From Chiloscyllium plagiosum (lineage: Eukaryota): a stretch of 20,000 nucleotides of DNA. Location of the stretch: assembly GCF_004010195.1 (NCBI RefSeq), contig NC_057718.1:88442894-88462893 (forward strand), given 5' to 3'. Positions 1 to 10,235 of the stretch are shown in pieces (positions within the stretch are counted from its first letter, which is position 1; each line of letters begins with the position of its first letter). The position numbers and the translations under genes are program-made. The notes under the pieces are model-generated. The model was not told the origin of the DNA, ran no database searches, and saw only the letters and a list, made by a program, of their open reading frames with translations.

Positions 1-957
1 ATGTTGTTTTTCATTCCCTAATTACTTGCTATACATACACACTAACCTTCTGTTAATCATGCACAGATCCCTCTGCATCGAGCTCTAAAATTTCACTATT
101 TAAATAATACTGTCTGCCAAAATTAGTGGGTGGCACAGTGGTTAGCACTGCTGTCTCACTGCGCCAGAGACCCGGGTTCAATTCCTGCCTCAGGCGACTG
201 TGTGGAATTTGCACATTGTCTGTGTGGGTTTCCTCCGGGTGCTCCGGTTTCCTCCCATAGTCCAAAAATGTGCAGGTTAGGTGAATTGACCATGCTGAAT
301 TGCCCGTAGTGTTAGGTGAAGGGATAAACATAGGGGAATGGGTCTGGGTGAGTTGCGCTTCGGCAGGTCGGTGTGGACTTGTTGGGCCGAAGGGCCTGTT
401 TCCACACTGTAAGTAATCTAATCTTAAAAAAAATTAAGCAATTTCACATTTTTCCAAATACTACGTTGGCAGATCTTTGCTCATTCACTTCACCTATCTA
501 CTTAATTTTGTGGCCTCCATCACAACATCTCTGCATTGTCAGTAAATGTACTTAGCATACCTTCAGGTCCCTTCGTCCAAGTCATTGAGATAAATTGTGA
601 ACAGTTGAGGACCCAGCTCTGATTCCTGTGAAACACCACGTGTAACATTTGACTAACCTAAAGAAGACCCACTTATGCATGCTGTTGGCTGACTAGCAGG
701 AAGACTTTTCTTCCATCCAGGCCAACATGCTGTCCCTTGGAACTCCATTATATGAAATCTAAATACAGTATATCCACTGGGTCTCCCTATTCACAACACA
801 TGTTACCTTAAAGAACTCCAATCATGTTTAGTCAATCTATTTCTCTTTCACAAAGCTAGGTTGACTTGGGCTGATTGTCTTGACCTTATCGAAGTGTCCT
901 GCTATAATTTTAATCACTGCTTCTAACATTTCCCTATGACACATGCTAACCTAACTG
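1..957 (-). mobile_element. Old, decayed CR1-clade LINE ORF2 (RT region), interrupted by the SINE at 126-433
   Basis: The minus strand around 608-638 (ggacccagctctgattcctgtgaaacacc) is a degenerate GVPQGSVLGP RT motif. Flanking sequence resembles the CR1 RT on both sides of the SINE. Many indels and stops. Continues at 1675. Confidence 0.75.
126..433 (+). mobile_element. HE1-type tRNA-derived V-SINE, near full length
   Basis: Pol III A box TGGCACAGTGG (131-141) and B box GGTTCAATTCC (175-185). V-domain GTGGGTTTCCTCCGGGTGCTCCGGTTTCCTCCCA. HER1/CR1-like 3' tail GGGCCGAAGGGCCTGTTTCCACACTGT followed by TAATC repeats and an A-run. Possible TSD AAAATTA (119-125 / 430-436). Confidence 0.93.
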
Positions 958-1674
958 TGCATTTTGAAAAAGCAAAACAGAGCAGGACTTTAATGGTAAA
1001 GACCTGGGGACTGTTGCTAAACAGAGAGACCTTGGAGTGCAGGTTCATAGCTCCTTGAAAGAGTAGGGCTACATGGTAGATAGGATAGTGAAGAAGGCGT
1101 TTGATATGCTTTCCTTTATTGGTCAGAGTATTGAGTACAGGAGTTGGGAGGTCATTGGTTAGGCCACTTTTGGAATGTTGTGTACAATTCTGGCCTCCTT
1201 ACCGGAAGGATGTTGTGAAACTTGAAAGAGTTCAGAAAAGACTTGCAAGGAGGTTGCCAGGGTTGGAGGGTTTGAGCTGTAGGGAGAGGCTGAATAGGCT
1301 GGGGTTGTTGTCCCTAGTGCATTAGAGGCTGAGGGGTGACCTTTTATAGAGGTTTATAAAGTCATGAGGATACAATAAATAGGTCTTTTCCCTGGGCTGG
1401 GTTAGTCCAGAACTAGAGGATGAGAGGGGAAAGATATAAAAGTGATCCAAGGGGCAATGTTTTGACACGGTGGTGCGTGTATGGAATAAGCTGCCAGAGG
1501 AAGTGTTGGAGACTGGTACAATTAGAGCATTTAAGAGGCATCTAGATGGGTCTATGAATAGGAAGGGTTTAGAGGGATAAGAGCCAAATGCTGACAAATG
1601 GAACTAGATTATCTGGTTAACACAGATGAGTTGCACTGAAGGATCTGGTTCCATGCTGTGTACATCTATGACTT
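958..1674 (+). mobile_element. 5'-truncated HER1/CR1 LINE 3' end, inserted into the older minus-strand CR1
   Basis: Translation gives the CR1 ORF2 C-terminus (RDLGVQVHSSLK; LVRPLLECCVQFWPPYRKDVVKLERVQKRLARRLPGLEGLSCRERLNRLGL). The 3' UTR ends in CATCTATGACT. Confidence 0.92.
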
Positions 1675-1960
1675 TGTTTCTGGTCTCCCTATTGAATAAA
1701 GGAGTTGCATTTGCTATTTTCCAATCTAATGGGATTGTCCCACATGCAAGGGCATCTTGCAAAGTCAAAACCGACCTATCAACTATCCCACTAGCCACTT
1801 CTTTTAAGAGCTAAATATGAAGTTCATTAAGACTTGGGCACTTGCCAGCCCTCCGCTGGCGTAATTTATTCAGTACTACTTCTCTGGGGGCTGAATGTTC
1901 AGACTCCCCCCACCTCTTGTCTCCTAATTTATCCCTGGTTCTGGGATGTTACTTGTATCT
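1675..1960 (-). mobile_element. Continuation of the older minus-strand CR1 ORF2
   Basis: ORF-track peptide GTIPLDWKIANATPLFN matches the CR1 motif IPEDWKxANVTPLFKKG. Collinear with the 1-957 fragment. Right boundary is approximate. Confidence 0.8.
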
Positions 1961-2268
1961 TCAAGAGCAACGACTGCTGCTAACCCCGCCCAACTATTAC
2001 GTCAATGTTATTAACTAACAGAGCCACTTTCCACCTTTTGTTTTCTAGTTTCGTGTAGGATTCCTGTAATCCCTTCAGCATTACTGTCCCAATTCAGTCA
2101 TTCAGCAGTTATGCCTTTGTAAAAGATGCTACCAGATCATATATATTTACTTCTGTTTGTAGTCTGTTCATCTCTTGTTTCAAATTCCACGAGCACTTCA
2201 ATACAGAACCACCTTTGAGTTTGATCCTTTAGTTCATGTACGGTTAAAAGATCTATGGAGAACAGAAG

Positions 2269-2328
2269 GTTTGCATTCACACAGTGCCTTTCATCATCTC
2301 CAGGTTATGCTAAAGCGCTAACAGAGCC
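2269..2328 (-). mobile_element. Short L2-type / Deu-SINE 3' tail fragment
   Basis: TTGCATTCACACAGTGCCTTTCATCATCTCCAGG..CTAAAGCGCTAACAG resembles the reverse complement of the L2-type SINE tail. Degenerate. Confidence 0.5.
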
Positions 2329-2374
2329 CTGATGAAATTCCACCAATAGTGGAGTTCCTCCTTTAAACATTTCA

Positions 2375-2540
2375 TCACCCTGCTCCTTTTTAAAGCACTG
2401 TATTTTTAAAAAAATCCTACACGTTCTGTCTTGACATCTTTCCCTTTGACCCATGTCTGATTTCGGCTGATGCGTCCCTGTAAAGTGCCTGGATTTGTTT
2501 TGCAGTCTTAAAACAGCTATGAGTTCAAATTGTGGTGGTG
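2375..2540 (+). mobile_element. Decayed L2 LINE 3' end
   Basis: CCTGTAAAGTGCCTGGATTTGTTTTGCAGTCTTAAAACAGCTATGAGTTCAAATTGTGGTGG resembles the L2 terminus (CCTGTGAAGCGCCTTGGG...AAAGGCGCTATATAAATGCAAGTTGTTG). Confidence 0.55.
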
Positions 2541-3940
2541 GTGAAGAGAGCTGGTTGATCTGAGGTCATTTTCCAGTGTAGTGCCATCGCGTCTAGTTTG
2601 ACCACTGGACCCTCTTCCTCCCTCCCCCACCCCACCAAAGTTCTATGTAACCCTTGCAAGGGCAAATCTGGTAAGTGATGTGAATCTTGCCCACTGGAGC
2701 TGTCGAAGATAGATAGACTGGTTTGTGCCTTTTATTTAGGCTTAATATCCTGTCACCTCCAGCTGTACTTGGTCTGAATTGGGTAGTGTGCAGTTGGGAG
2801 AAAGAGTTGCCTTGCTAACTGGGGGTGAGTGTACAATGGATGTCACAAGGGTCATGATGTGATCGTGTTTGCAGTGTGAGTACAAACTAATCTAAACATT
2901 TGGAAGAGAAAGGAGTGTTGAAAGAGAATGTCTTGAACCTTTTTAAGGGTGTAATGATCAAACATAAGTTAGTGACATTTTTAAAAAAAAATGTTAAATC
3001 TGGCACCAAGACATCAGTATGATTTCAGGGTAAACATACTCTGATTTATTTTTGAGTTCACTGGTAAGTGAGTGTTAACACTCTGCAGTGATTAGATTTG
3101 TTATCTTGTGCTTTTGAGTTTTCCTGTGAACCACAGGCGAAGGATCGAGACTTATGATCAGTACTGGTACATTCAAATTGAAACTGAGATTGTGTGCTTC
3201 ACAATTCCAAAAAAAACTGCATCACTTTGAGTCTGGAGACAATACTAAGGAAAAGGAAGGTGGTTTCACCCAGGAAATTTAGCAGAGGAATTTGAGGGAC
3301 ATTCAAGAATAAAATTTGATGGAGCAAATTGTCATGTTTACCTCAAACCTGTTCCATAAGTAAACATTGGGGGGGGTGGGCTGGCTACCAAATTCCATCA
3401 AGTGTTTGACTTACAAAGCAGTGGGGTTGATCTGCAGAGAATTGTGCCAAATCATGTCTGGACTTTCAGCTCAACAAGGGACAATGCTTTTCGAGAATGC
3501 AAACAGGACAATACCAGCTCCTATCCTCCTATGCTTTTTAAAGTTTATTTTGATTCTACATGTCTCTGTGAGACCATGCTCTCCCTAAATGCGGATAATC
3601 AAGTCCTAGTTTCACACCCACTTCACAGATACGCAGGTGATGCATTGTATGCAACTAACATCTCAAACTACAACTTGGACTTCAAGCCTGTGGTAGATAA
3701 TGTGCAGTCGCATGTATTATATTGAGACTCCATGAGAATAGAGCTTGGATTGCACTTAAGATCACTTCTCCAATTTAAAAAGTTGGAGTCCTTGCTGTAG
3801 GAGATTAGAAATGGGGTGAGGCTAGACTCCAAACTAATGAATAGATAACAAACTCGTTATGGAGATCCATTTCATTTTCGTGTAACATCCAGTCACTGCT
3901 TGACTTTTGGATCTAGTGGAGCGTTTTTTTTTAAATAGAG

Positions 3941-4131
3941 ACCTGGCAGGTCCATCTGCGGAAACTAAAATGTGTAATGTTTTGGTCCAGTGACCCTCTT
4001 TCAGAATGCCCTTCTGGTGAAGGGTCACTGGATCTGAAACGTTAACTCCTGTTTTCTCTCCACCCATGCTACCAGACCTGCTGAGTTTCTCCAGCCATTT
4101 GTTGCTTGCTCAGATTTCCACATCTGCAGTT
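3941..4131 (+). mobile_element. Penelope-terminus-type imperfect palindrome (family B) with decayed hammerhead cores
   Basis: Inverted arms TCCAGTGACCCT (3986-3997) and AGGGTCACTGGA (4021-4032). The plus core reads CTGGTGA-AGGGTCACTGGATCT-GAAACGTTAAC, with CUGAnGA mutated to CUGGUGA. Confidence 0.75.
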
Positions 4132-4179
4132 CCCCTCTTTTTTTGTGTGTAGAGAATTTGGTCAGGTCTGTCACCTACA

Positions 4180-4320
4180 AAATTTTAAACTCTGTCCTCA
4201 CACAGTTTAAGCCGCAGTTGGAATATTAAGCACACATCGTAGGATGCTGGAACAATGGAAAGTAGGCAGTGAAGATTCTGTAAGGATGCCACCCATGAAG
4301 AGGTAGCTAATTATGCTTTG
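4180..4320 (+). mobile_element. Very old CR1 ORF2 C-terminal fragment
   Basis: GTTTAAGCCGCAGTTGGAATATT and CAGTGAAGATTCTGTAAGGATG resemble degenerate VRPQLEY and QRRFTRM motifs. Confidence 0.4.
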
Positions 4321-4861
4321 CCTTACATGGGACTGGCGAACTATGGCCAACATAATGTCGCCAATCACTGTCGATTGTCATCCCCTTCACTCCAGCACAG
4401 GTTGTCATCTGCGCTAAGTGTAGTTGCCAGGCCGACTCCTAGCCAGCCCATCAGTGTTTTCTGCCTGGTGGTGTCCATTCTATTTCCTCTGGTGGAGGTG
4501 GATATCCCAAAAGGTGAAATATATTTGCTGCTAGCCTTCGCTATCTCTATCCATCACAATATCCAGCAAGCACCTCTGATCTGTCTCCAGTGGCGTTTTG
4601 GGGGTGATGTTTTAGGATATAGTTAGGAAGAAATGCTGATGTTCAATGACTTTGTGGTGGTGGGGTGGGAGGTGGAGTTAAAAGGAATGAGTTCAGATAT
4701 TTGGCAGTTTAAGACCGTTTCCATAAAACCAAAGTGGGGTAGTTGACATTTCTGCATTTATCAAAAAAAAGCCTTGGGCTCCTGAGCTGTAAATAGAACC
4801 TTCAAATGTTTAAAAAGGTACAGGGGTGTGGGATCCTTAAGTAGGCCTTTCATTTATGTTC

Positions 4862-4960
4862 AAAACAAAAGCTCAAATTGCTGGGAAAACTCAGGTCTGG
4901 CCACATCTGTGGAGAGAAAGCAGAGTTAATATTTTGGGTCCAGTGAACTTCCAACAGAAC
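4862..4960 (-). mobile_element. Solo half-copy of family B Penelope-terminus-type element
   Basis: The reverse complement aligns by eye to 4012-4110 (TCACTGGA, TTAACTC, TTTCTCTCCAC, CCAGACCTG). The hammerhead core is degenerate. Confidence 0.7.
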
Positions 4961-4962
4961 AG

Positions 4963-5245
4963 GATTTGCATTTATGTAGCATCATGTGCAGCCTCAACAT
5001 CCTGAACCTTTAGCCTCCTCCATTATGAACAGGTGAAATGTAACTTGCAACAGCCATTTGGTGCACCACAAGTTGTCACAATCAGTAATTACAGCACCAC
5101 CGTTACTTGGTAACATTGAATATTAAGTGTTAGCCTGGACCTTAGGGGAGAGATGTGACACCTCTGACAGCGTAGCACTTCCCTGCAGAACTGCACAGAG
5201 GTGTCGGCCTGAGTTTGTGCTCAAGTTGAGAGTGAGACTTGAATG
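4963..5245 (-). mobile_element. Deu-domain tRNA-derived SINE (SacSINE1-like), decayed
   Basis: CACCTCTGACAGCGTAGCACTTCCCTGCAGAACTGCACAGAGGTGTCGGCCTGAGTTTGTGCTCAAG..GAGTGAGACTTGAA matches the reverse of the Deu-SINE head/core. L2-type tail TTGCATTTATGTAGC at the left end. Confidence 0.75.
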
Positions 5246-5273
5246 TAGCATAGCCTTTGGTTTGGTGAATGGA

Positions 5274-5494
5274 GGAGAAAGTGAGGTCTGCAGATGCTGG
5301 AGATCAAAGTTGAAACTTTATTGCTGGAACAGCACAGCAGGTCAGGCAGCATCCAGGGAACAGGAGATTCGACGTTTCGGGCACAGGCCCTTCTTCAGGA
5401 ATCAAGAAGGGCCTGTGCCCGAAACGTCGAATCTCCTGTTCCCTGGATGCTGCCTGACCTGCTGTGCTGTTCCAGCAATAAAGTTTCAACTTTG
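5274..5494. mobile_element. Young Penelope-terminus-type fold-back element (family A): 31-bp unpaired tail plus perfect 91-bp inverted repeat with 8-nt loop
   Basis: Arms 5305-5395 and 5404-5494 are exact reverse complements, and the ORF track gives the same peptides on both strands. Loop CAGGAATC. A 13-bp TSD TTTGGTGAATGGA lies at 5261-5273 and 5491-5503. Confidence 0.93.
5366..5403 (-). ncRNA. Minimal type I hammerhead ribozyme motif, complete core
   Basis: The minus strand reads GAUUC CUGAAGA A GGGC-CUGU-GCCC GAAA C GUC^GAAUC. It has a 5-bp stem I (GAUUC/GAAUC), both conserved core boxes, a 4-bp stem II, a palindromic ACGU mini-stem III and a GUC cleavage triplet. Predicted cut between 5371 and 5370. 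Confidence 0.85.
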
Positions 5495-5682
5495 GTGAAT
5501 GGACCAAAACTGAGGTAGAATTGTTGGACTGGCTGAGTCCTGAACGCCTTATTTGATTTCCAGCTCTGCACATAATTCATGGTTTATGTCTTCATACTCT
5601 CTATTTTATACTGGCTTTCAATCTTTTGTACTTTGGCAATTGATGTTGAACTGTAGTTTTTCATCCCTCGTCACCACCCTTC

Positions 5683-5744
5683 CCAGTGCAGATTTAATGG
5701 GCTGAATGGCCTCTTTCTGCACTGTAGCGATTTAGTCATTCTAT
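5683..5744 (+). mobile_element. HE1/HER1-type 3' tail fragment
   Basis: CAGTGCAGATTTAATGGGCTGAATGGCCTCTTTCTGCACTGTAG..ATTCTATG is similar to the SINE tail at 365-412. Confidence 0.7.
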
Positions 5745-6781
5745 GTCTGACCCTTATTGATTCCAGACCCACGCATCAGCTCTTCTGAAGTGTCTCAGCA
5801 AGCCTTTCTGTATCCTCCGAATGGACAATAAATTCAGACCTTGCCAGCATGTCATCCACATTCCGGGAATCAATAGGAACAAGATAATATACTGCTTCAG
5901 CTATTTACCCCATCTTCCCTGCAAATGGTTTCTGCCTTGAGAGATTTGTTGTCTGTCTGTCTTGGTTTTCATCAAATAAAAACTGATATTTAGCAGCTAT
6001 TTGTCACACACCAGTGGAGGAGATGAGATGCGCTGGGTGCCTTTGAGGCACATTGCAATATGCAAATCTTATCAATAATCAGGAGTCTGAATGTCTGTGG
6101 ATCCTTGCATTTAAAAGGGAATTTTTTTTCGCTTGTTGAATCAGGCTCAAAGGTCCTGTGGCCCCTAAGGGATTTACCAGCTCCCTATCTTAAACCCACC
6201 TAAACAATGGGTGTTGCTACACTCTGCTGATTATATGTCCTTATGCTCAGACTGGCTGGAAGGTCTAGCCTCCATCTTCCAGTAGTTACTTGTAAGTCTT
6301 TGGTGTTCTCCCTACAAAGAGGTTTCTGTTAATGGTAACACAGAATATCTCACCCCCTTCTGCAAAGAACGATGTGGTTGCAAGAATTAAAGCAGCAGGC
6401 TGAATAAAAACCAAAATGAATGAGAGAAGTACAAGGTTACTGAAGTAAACATGAGATTTTCTGCTTGGAGAGAAAAATATGGGCCATGTTAGAATCCATC
6501 TTGTGCCTGTGGTTAAATAAAACTCCACCTGAATCTGGTTGAGATGTTTGTATCTAGTGGCAGTCAGTTGAAGATGTAAATTTAGCAGGAGCACATTAAT
6601 CAGGGATAGTTTGTGTAGTCCCAGCTATGTTAGTTTGATTGTTTAATGGTGTATGTACTGGTCGTTGTTCCAGTTTGCTTTCTGAAATTTTGCTCATACA
6701 GAGTGTAAAATCCTAAGTGTGGAAGGATGTGTGTGTGTGCGCTGAAAGAGCTACCCAACGAATTGCAGTCCCTGGAAGGAC

Positions 6782-6870
6782 AACAGGAACATGGGCCATT
6801 CAGCCCATCAAACCTGCTCGACCATTGCTTAGGATCATGGTCAATCTATGTCAATTCCATTTGCTCACCG
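6782..6870 (-). mobile_element. CR1 LINE 3' terminal fragment
   Basis: GGCCATTCAGCCCATCAAACCTGCTCGACCATT..GATCATGG is the reverse of a CR1 3' UTR. Confidence 0.65.
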
Positions 6871-7069
6871 TGATTTGATTTACTATTGTCACATGTACCT
6901 AAGTATAGCTCCACTGCTGTTCATGTGGAAAATGCCTTTCCCAATTCCATTCTTTAGTCTAATGTTAAGATCTGATTTGCTCACATATTTAAAAATAACA
7001 AATTTAAAATGCTTTATTCACATCAACCCACTGTAAATTTCTATACTTCAGGCAATGGAAGCCAAGGTT

Positions 7070-7330
7070 ATTCGGTTTTTTAACTCTTCAACTCCAATAG
7101 CATTTTCATCCCTATACCTTTAATTCCAAATCAATCTCATTTCCCTTTTGGTATTTGAATTTGCTTCTGACACTTTTTTTTGAGGCAGCAATCCAAATTC
7201 TCAGTAGCTGTTACAATCTTTTTATTATTCTTCTCTTTTTTTGCTAATTATCTTGAATCTGTGTCCTCTAGTTTTCAGTCTCCTGACTGAAAACTATTTC
7301 TCATTTTATTTCATTGAAAGCTCTCATTGG
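7070..7330 (-). mobile_element. Old CR1 3' region fragment
   Basis: CTAATTATCTTGAATCTGTGTCCTCTAGTT is the reverse of the TRGH-type motif. Heavily decayed, boundaries approximate. Confidence 0.45.
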
Positions 7331-7620
7331 AATATCACATTCCCTGCATTCAGACTTGAGCAGAGATGGGTGTGACAGAACCAGAGCATCTTGGAATGTA
7401 GAATGTGTCACTTGAGTGTGTTTCTGTCCTTCAAAAGATTCACTGTTTCTCTTCAGAAACATGAGCAACATGTCAACAGGAAGAGAATATCTGCTCCCTA
7501 TAGCCTGTCTCTCTCAGTCCTGATAATCTTGTGCGTAAATAAACTGCTCTCTCTACCCCTGTCTGAAACTGTAGGATCCCTTAGCTGAGAGAGGCAAATT
7601 ATAAGCCTTGAGGTTTATGT

Positions 7621-7800
7621 AGAGTCCCTACAATGCAAATAGAGGACATTTGGTCCATTTGAGTCTGCATCAATCCTCTGAAGAGCATCCCATCCCATCC
7701 CCCATAACCATGTATTTACCATAGTTACCATATTTACCATAACCATGTAGTCTGCACGTCCCTGAATGCTCTGGGTCAATTTAGAATGGCCAGTCCACTT
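7621..7800 (-). mobile_element. HE1-type SINE, 3' half
   Basis: Aligns by eye in reverse to about 285-415 (CAATTTAGAATGGCCAGTCCAC, CCTCTGAAGAGCATCCCA, tail AGAGTCCCTACAATG). Contains short internal TTACCATA/ACCATG duplications. Confidence 0.75.
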
Positions 7801-8039
7801 CAGGTGAGGGCCTAGTCTTGGATATTATTCTGACCTGCTTTAGGTGACAGAGTAACCTGAGTGAGCACTCTTTTCCTGATGATTCTATTGTTTGCTGTTT
7901 TGTATAAGGTCATCCCTACCCTTTCCAGTAACCGGCCCAGCTCTGAGAGATGTGAAACTTTGGGTGAATGTAGTGTATGTCATTGTTAAAGTGTAAAACT
8001 AAAATGAATCTACCCTCACTCACTTCCCTGTTTCAACAG

Positions 8040-8151
8040 CCTGCTCAGGAGAATGGCCAGATTTCCGGAATCCATAGTAAATCAGAAGATCAAGAGCCGC
8101 TCGATGGAAAAGTGGAGCATCTCAATGTCCAGGAGGAAGCCGTTCGTGAAG
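8040..8151 (+). CDS. Probable internal coding exon (112 bp) of an unidentified host gene; likely peptide PAQENGQISGIHSKSEDQEPLDGKVEHLNVQEEAVRE (phase 0 to 1)
   Basis: Branch-like CTCAC, pyrimidine tract and acceptor CTTCCCTGTTTCAACAG| on the left. Consensus donor AAG|GTGAGT on the right. The sequence is stop-free, purine-rich, retains CpG and resembles no repeat. Confidence 0.75.
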
Positions 8152-8206
8152 GTGAGTGAATGAGACTTTTTTTTGTTTCAAAAGGGGTTGAGGGGAAAGC
8201 AACGTC

Positions 8207-8478
8207 AGAGTCATAGAGCATGGAAATAGACCCTTCAGTCCAATCAGTTCACACCGATCATTTTCCAAACTAAACTTGTCTGACTTGTCTGCATTTGGCC
8301 CATATCCCTCCAACCTTTCCTATTCATGTACTTATCCAAATGCTTTTTAATGTTGTTACAGTACCTGCATCTGCCACTTCCTCTGGTGGTTCATTCCACA
8401 CACGAATCACCCTCTGTGTAAAATTGCCCTTCGTGTCCATTTTTAAACTTACTTCCTCTCACTCGAAAGATATGCCCC
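8207..8478 (-). mobile_element. HER1/CR1 LINE 3' end, 5'-truncated
   Basis: Tail AGAGTCATAGAG, ORF2 end MEGYGPNA, and similarity to 1430-1674 and 9236-9510. Confidence 0.88.
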
Positions 8479-9106
8479 CAGGCAATTGGAGGCAGCTCTG
8501 CTGTGGTGGGTGTGACCTTTTGCTACTGAGTTTGGAGGTCAAATTGGCCCAGACTGGATGAAGATTGCCTCTTGTTTCACCACTAAGAATTGTATGTATC
8601 TTAAAACAAAACTAAAGGGACAGAATCAATTCAGTCCCCACTGAGCACATGCCAACAAAAACACACTGCCAACTTGTTTTAATGACTGGATTACTATTTA
8701 CTGATGAGTCAGTGTGAAAACGGTGGAGGATGAGATTAGTCTTTTTACTTGGACCAGAGGCGTTTGAAAAGTCGGTGTAAAGTCAGCTTTACTCTGCATC
8801 AATTTGCTGGATTTAACCTGGGATTGAGATGCCGGAAATCGATAGATATCATTGGCATAATACTTTCCTTCCTTATGTGCAATTTGAGTAAGAAAATGAG
8901 TGTTAAGACTTGGGTGGGGGGAGTGGGGAGAAACCTGTTTCAATGGTGATTTGAAAGCTTTTCAAAATTCCTTGTCTTGACATTTTGGGAAACTGCTTAT
9001 GTGGGTTATTCTTTTCAGAAGGAATTGAACTGCTCTCTGTACTTGTAAATCCATGCAAGTTGAGACTGCTTTGAAGTTGTTTAGGGTATCATGGAATGCG
9101 GCTCTT

Positions 9107-9230
9107 AGAGTCGTAGATTCATACTGCACAGAAACAGACTCTTTGGTCCATAGACTCACCACCCTCTGCATGAAAAAGTTGCCCCTTGGGTCCCTTTTTA
9201 AATCTTTCCTCTCTCACCTTCAACCTATGC
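9107..9230 (-). mobile_element. Short, internally deleted HER1/CR1 3' end
   Basis: The tail AGAGTCGTAGA..CACAGAAACAGAC is joined directly to CACCCTCTGCATGAAAAAGTTGCCC..ACCTATGC, which is similar to 9439-9508. Confidence 0.8.
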
Positions 9231-9235
9231 ATTCC

Positions 9236-10190
9236 AGAGTCATAGGGATGTACAGCACAGCCACAGGCCCTTCGGTTCAACTCATCCATGCCGACCAGAT
9301 ATTCCAACACAATCTAGTTCCACCTGCCCCATATCCCTCCAAACGCTTCCTGTTCATATACCCATCCAGATGCCTTTTAAATGTTGCAATTGTACTAGCC
9401 TCCATCACTTCATCTGGCAGCTCATTCCATACACGTACCACCCTCTGTGTGAAAAAGTTGCCCGATAGGTCTCTTTCATATCTTTCCTCTCTCACCCTAA
9501 ACCTATGCCCTCTAGTTCTGGACTCCCCCCACCCCAGGGAAAAGACTTTGTCTATTTATCCTATCCTTGGCCCTCCTGATTTTATAAATGTCTATTAAGG
9601 TCACCCCGCAGCCTCCGATGCTCCAGGTAAAACAGCCCTAGCCTATTCAACCTCCTTTCTATAGCTCAACTACTCCAACCCTGACAGCACCTTTTGTAAA
9701 TCTTCTTTTTTTTTTGAATCCTTTCAGGTTTCACAACATCTTTTTGAAAGGAAGGAGATCAGAATTGCACGCAATATTCCAAATGTGGCCTAACCAATGT
9801 CCTGTACAGCCGCAACGTGACCTCCCCAAACCCTGTATTCAATACTCTGACCAATAAAGGAAAGCATACCAAACGCAGTCTTCACTATCCTATCTACCTG
9901 CGGCTCCACTCAAGGAGCTATGAACCTGCACTCCAAGGTCTCTTTATTCAGCAACACTCCCCAGGACCTTACCATTAAGTGTAGAAGTCTAGCTAAGATT
10001 TGCTTTCCCAAAATGCAGCATCTTGCATTTATCTAAATTAAACTCCACCTGCCACTTCTCAGCCTATTGTCCCACCTGATCAAGATCCCATTGTAATCAG
10101 AGGTAACCTTCGTTGTCCACTACACCTCCAATTTTAGTGTTATCTGCAAACTTACTAACTATACCTCTTATGCTCACATCCAAATCATTT
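9236..10190 (-). mobile_element. HER1/CR1 LINE 3' ~950 bp (end of RT, ORF2 C-terminus, 3' UTR)
   Basis: Peptide RDLSGNFFTQRVVRVWNELPDEVMEASTIATFKRHLDGYMNRKRLEGYG. The reverse of the RT motif SKFAD(D/N)TKIGG is at about 10125-10155. Frameshifted. Confidence 0.93.
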
Positions 10191-10191
10191 A

Positions 10192-10235
10192 CAGGGGAAC
10201 CTCGAATATCCAAATGAGATGGGCAGCCACACATT
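10192..10235. mobile_element. Single Tigger/pogo-like terminal inverted repeat remnant
   Basis: TA followed by CAGGGGAACCTCGAATATCC resembles pogo/Tigger TIRs (CAG..RAACCTCGATWATCC). No partner TIR was seen. Confidence 0.5.

Noticed and set aside
126..200. Possible tRNA gene (A and B boxes)
   Set aside because: It is the tRNA-derived head of a SINE and continues into the V-domain and LINE tail.
3402..3725. 107-aa ORF in unique sequence
   Set aside because: No recognisable homology, start context or flanking splice sites, and the length is compatible with chance.
4318..4626. 102-aa ORF, or possibly an old RTE-type LINE 3' end on the minus strand
   Set aside because: TTG start and no recognisable domain or splice support. 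The LINE resemblance is too weak to call.
5127..5580. Four overlapping ORFs with identical peptides on both strands
   Set aside because: They are a consequence of the perfect palindrome, with no evidence of coding function.
9053..9598. Longest ORF in the track (181 aa)
   Set aside because: Antisense read-through of two CR1 3' ends.
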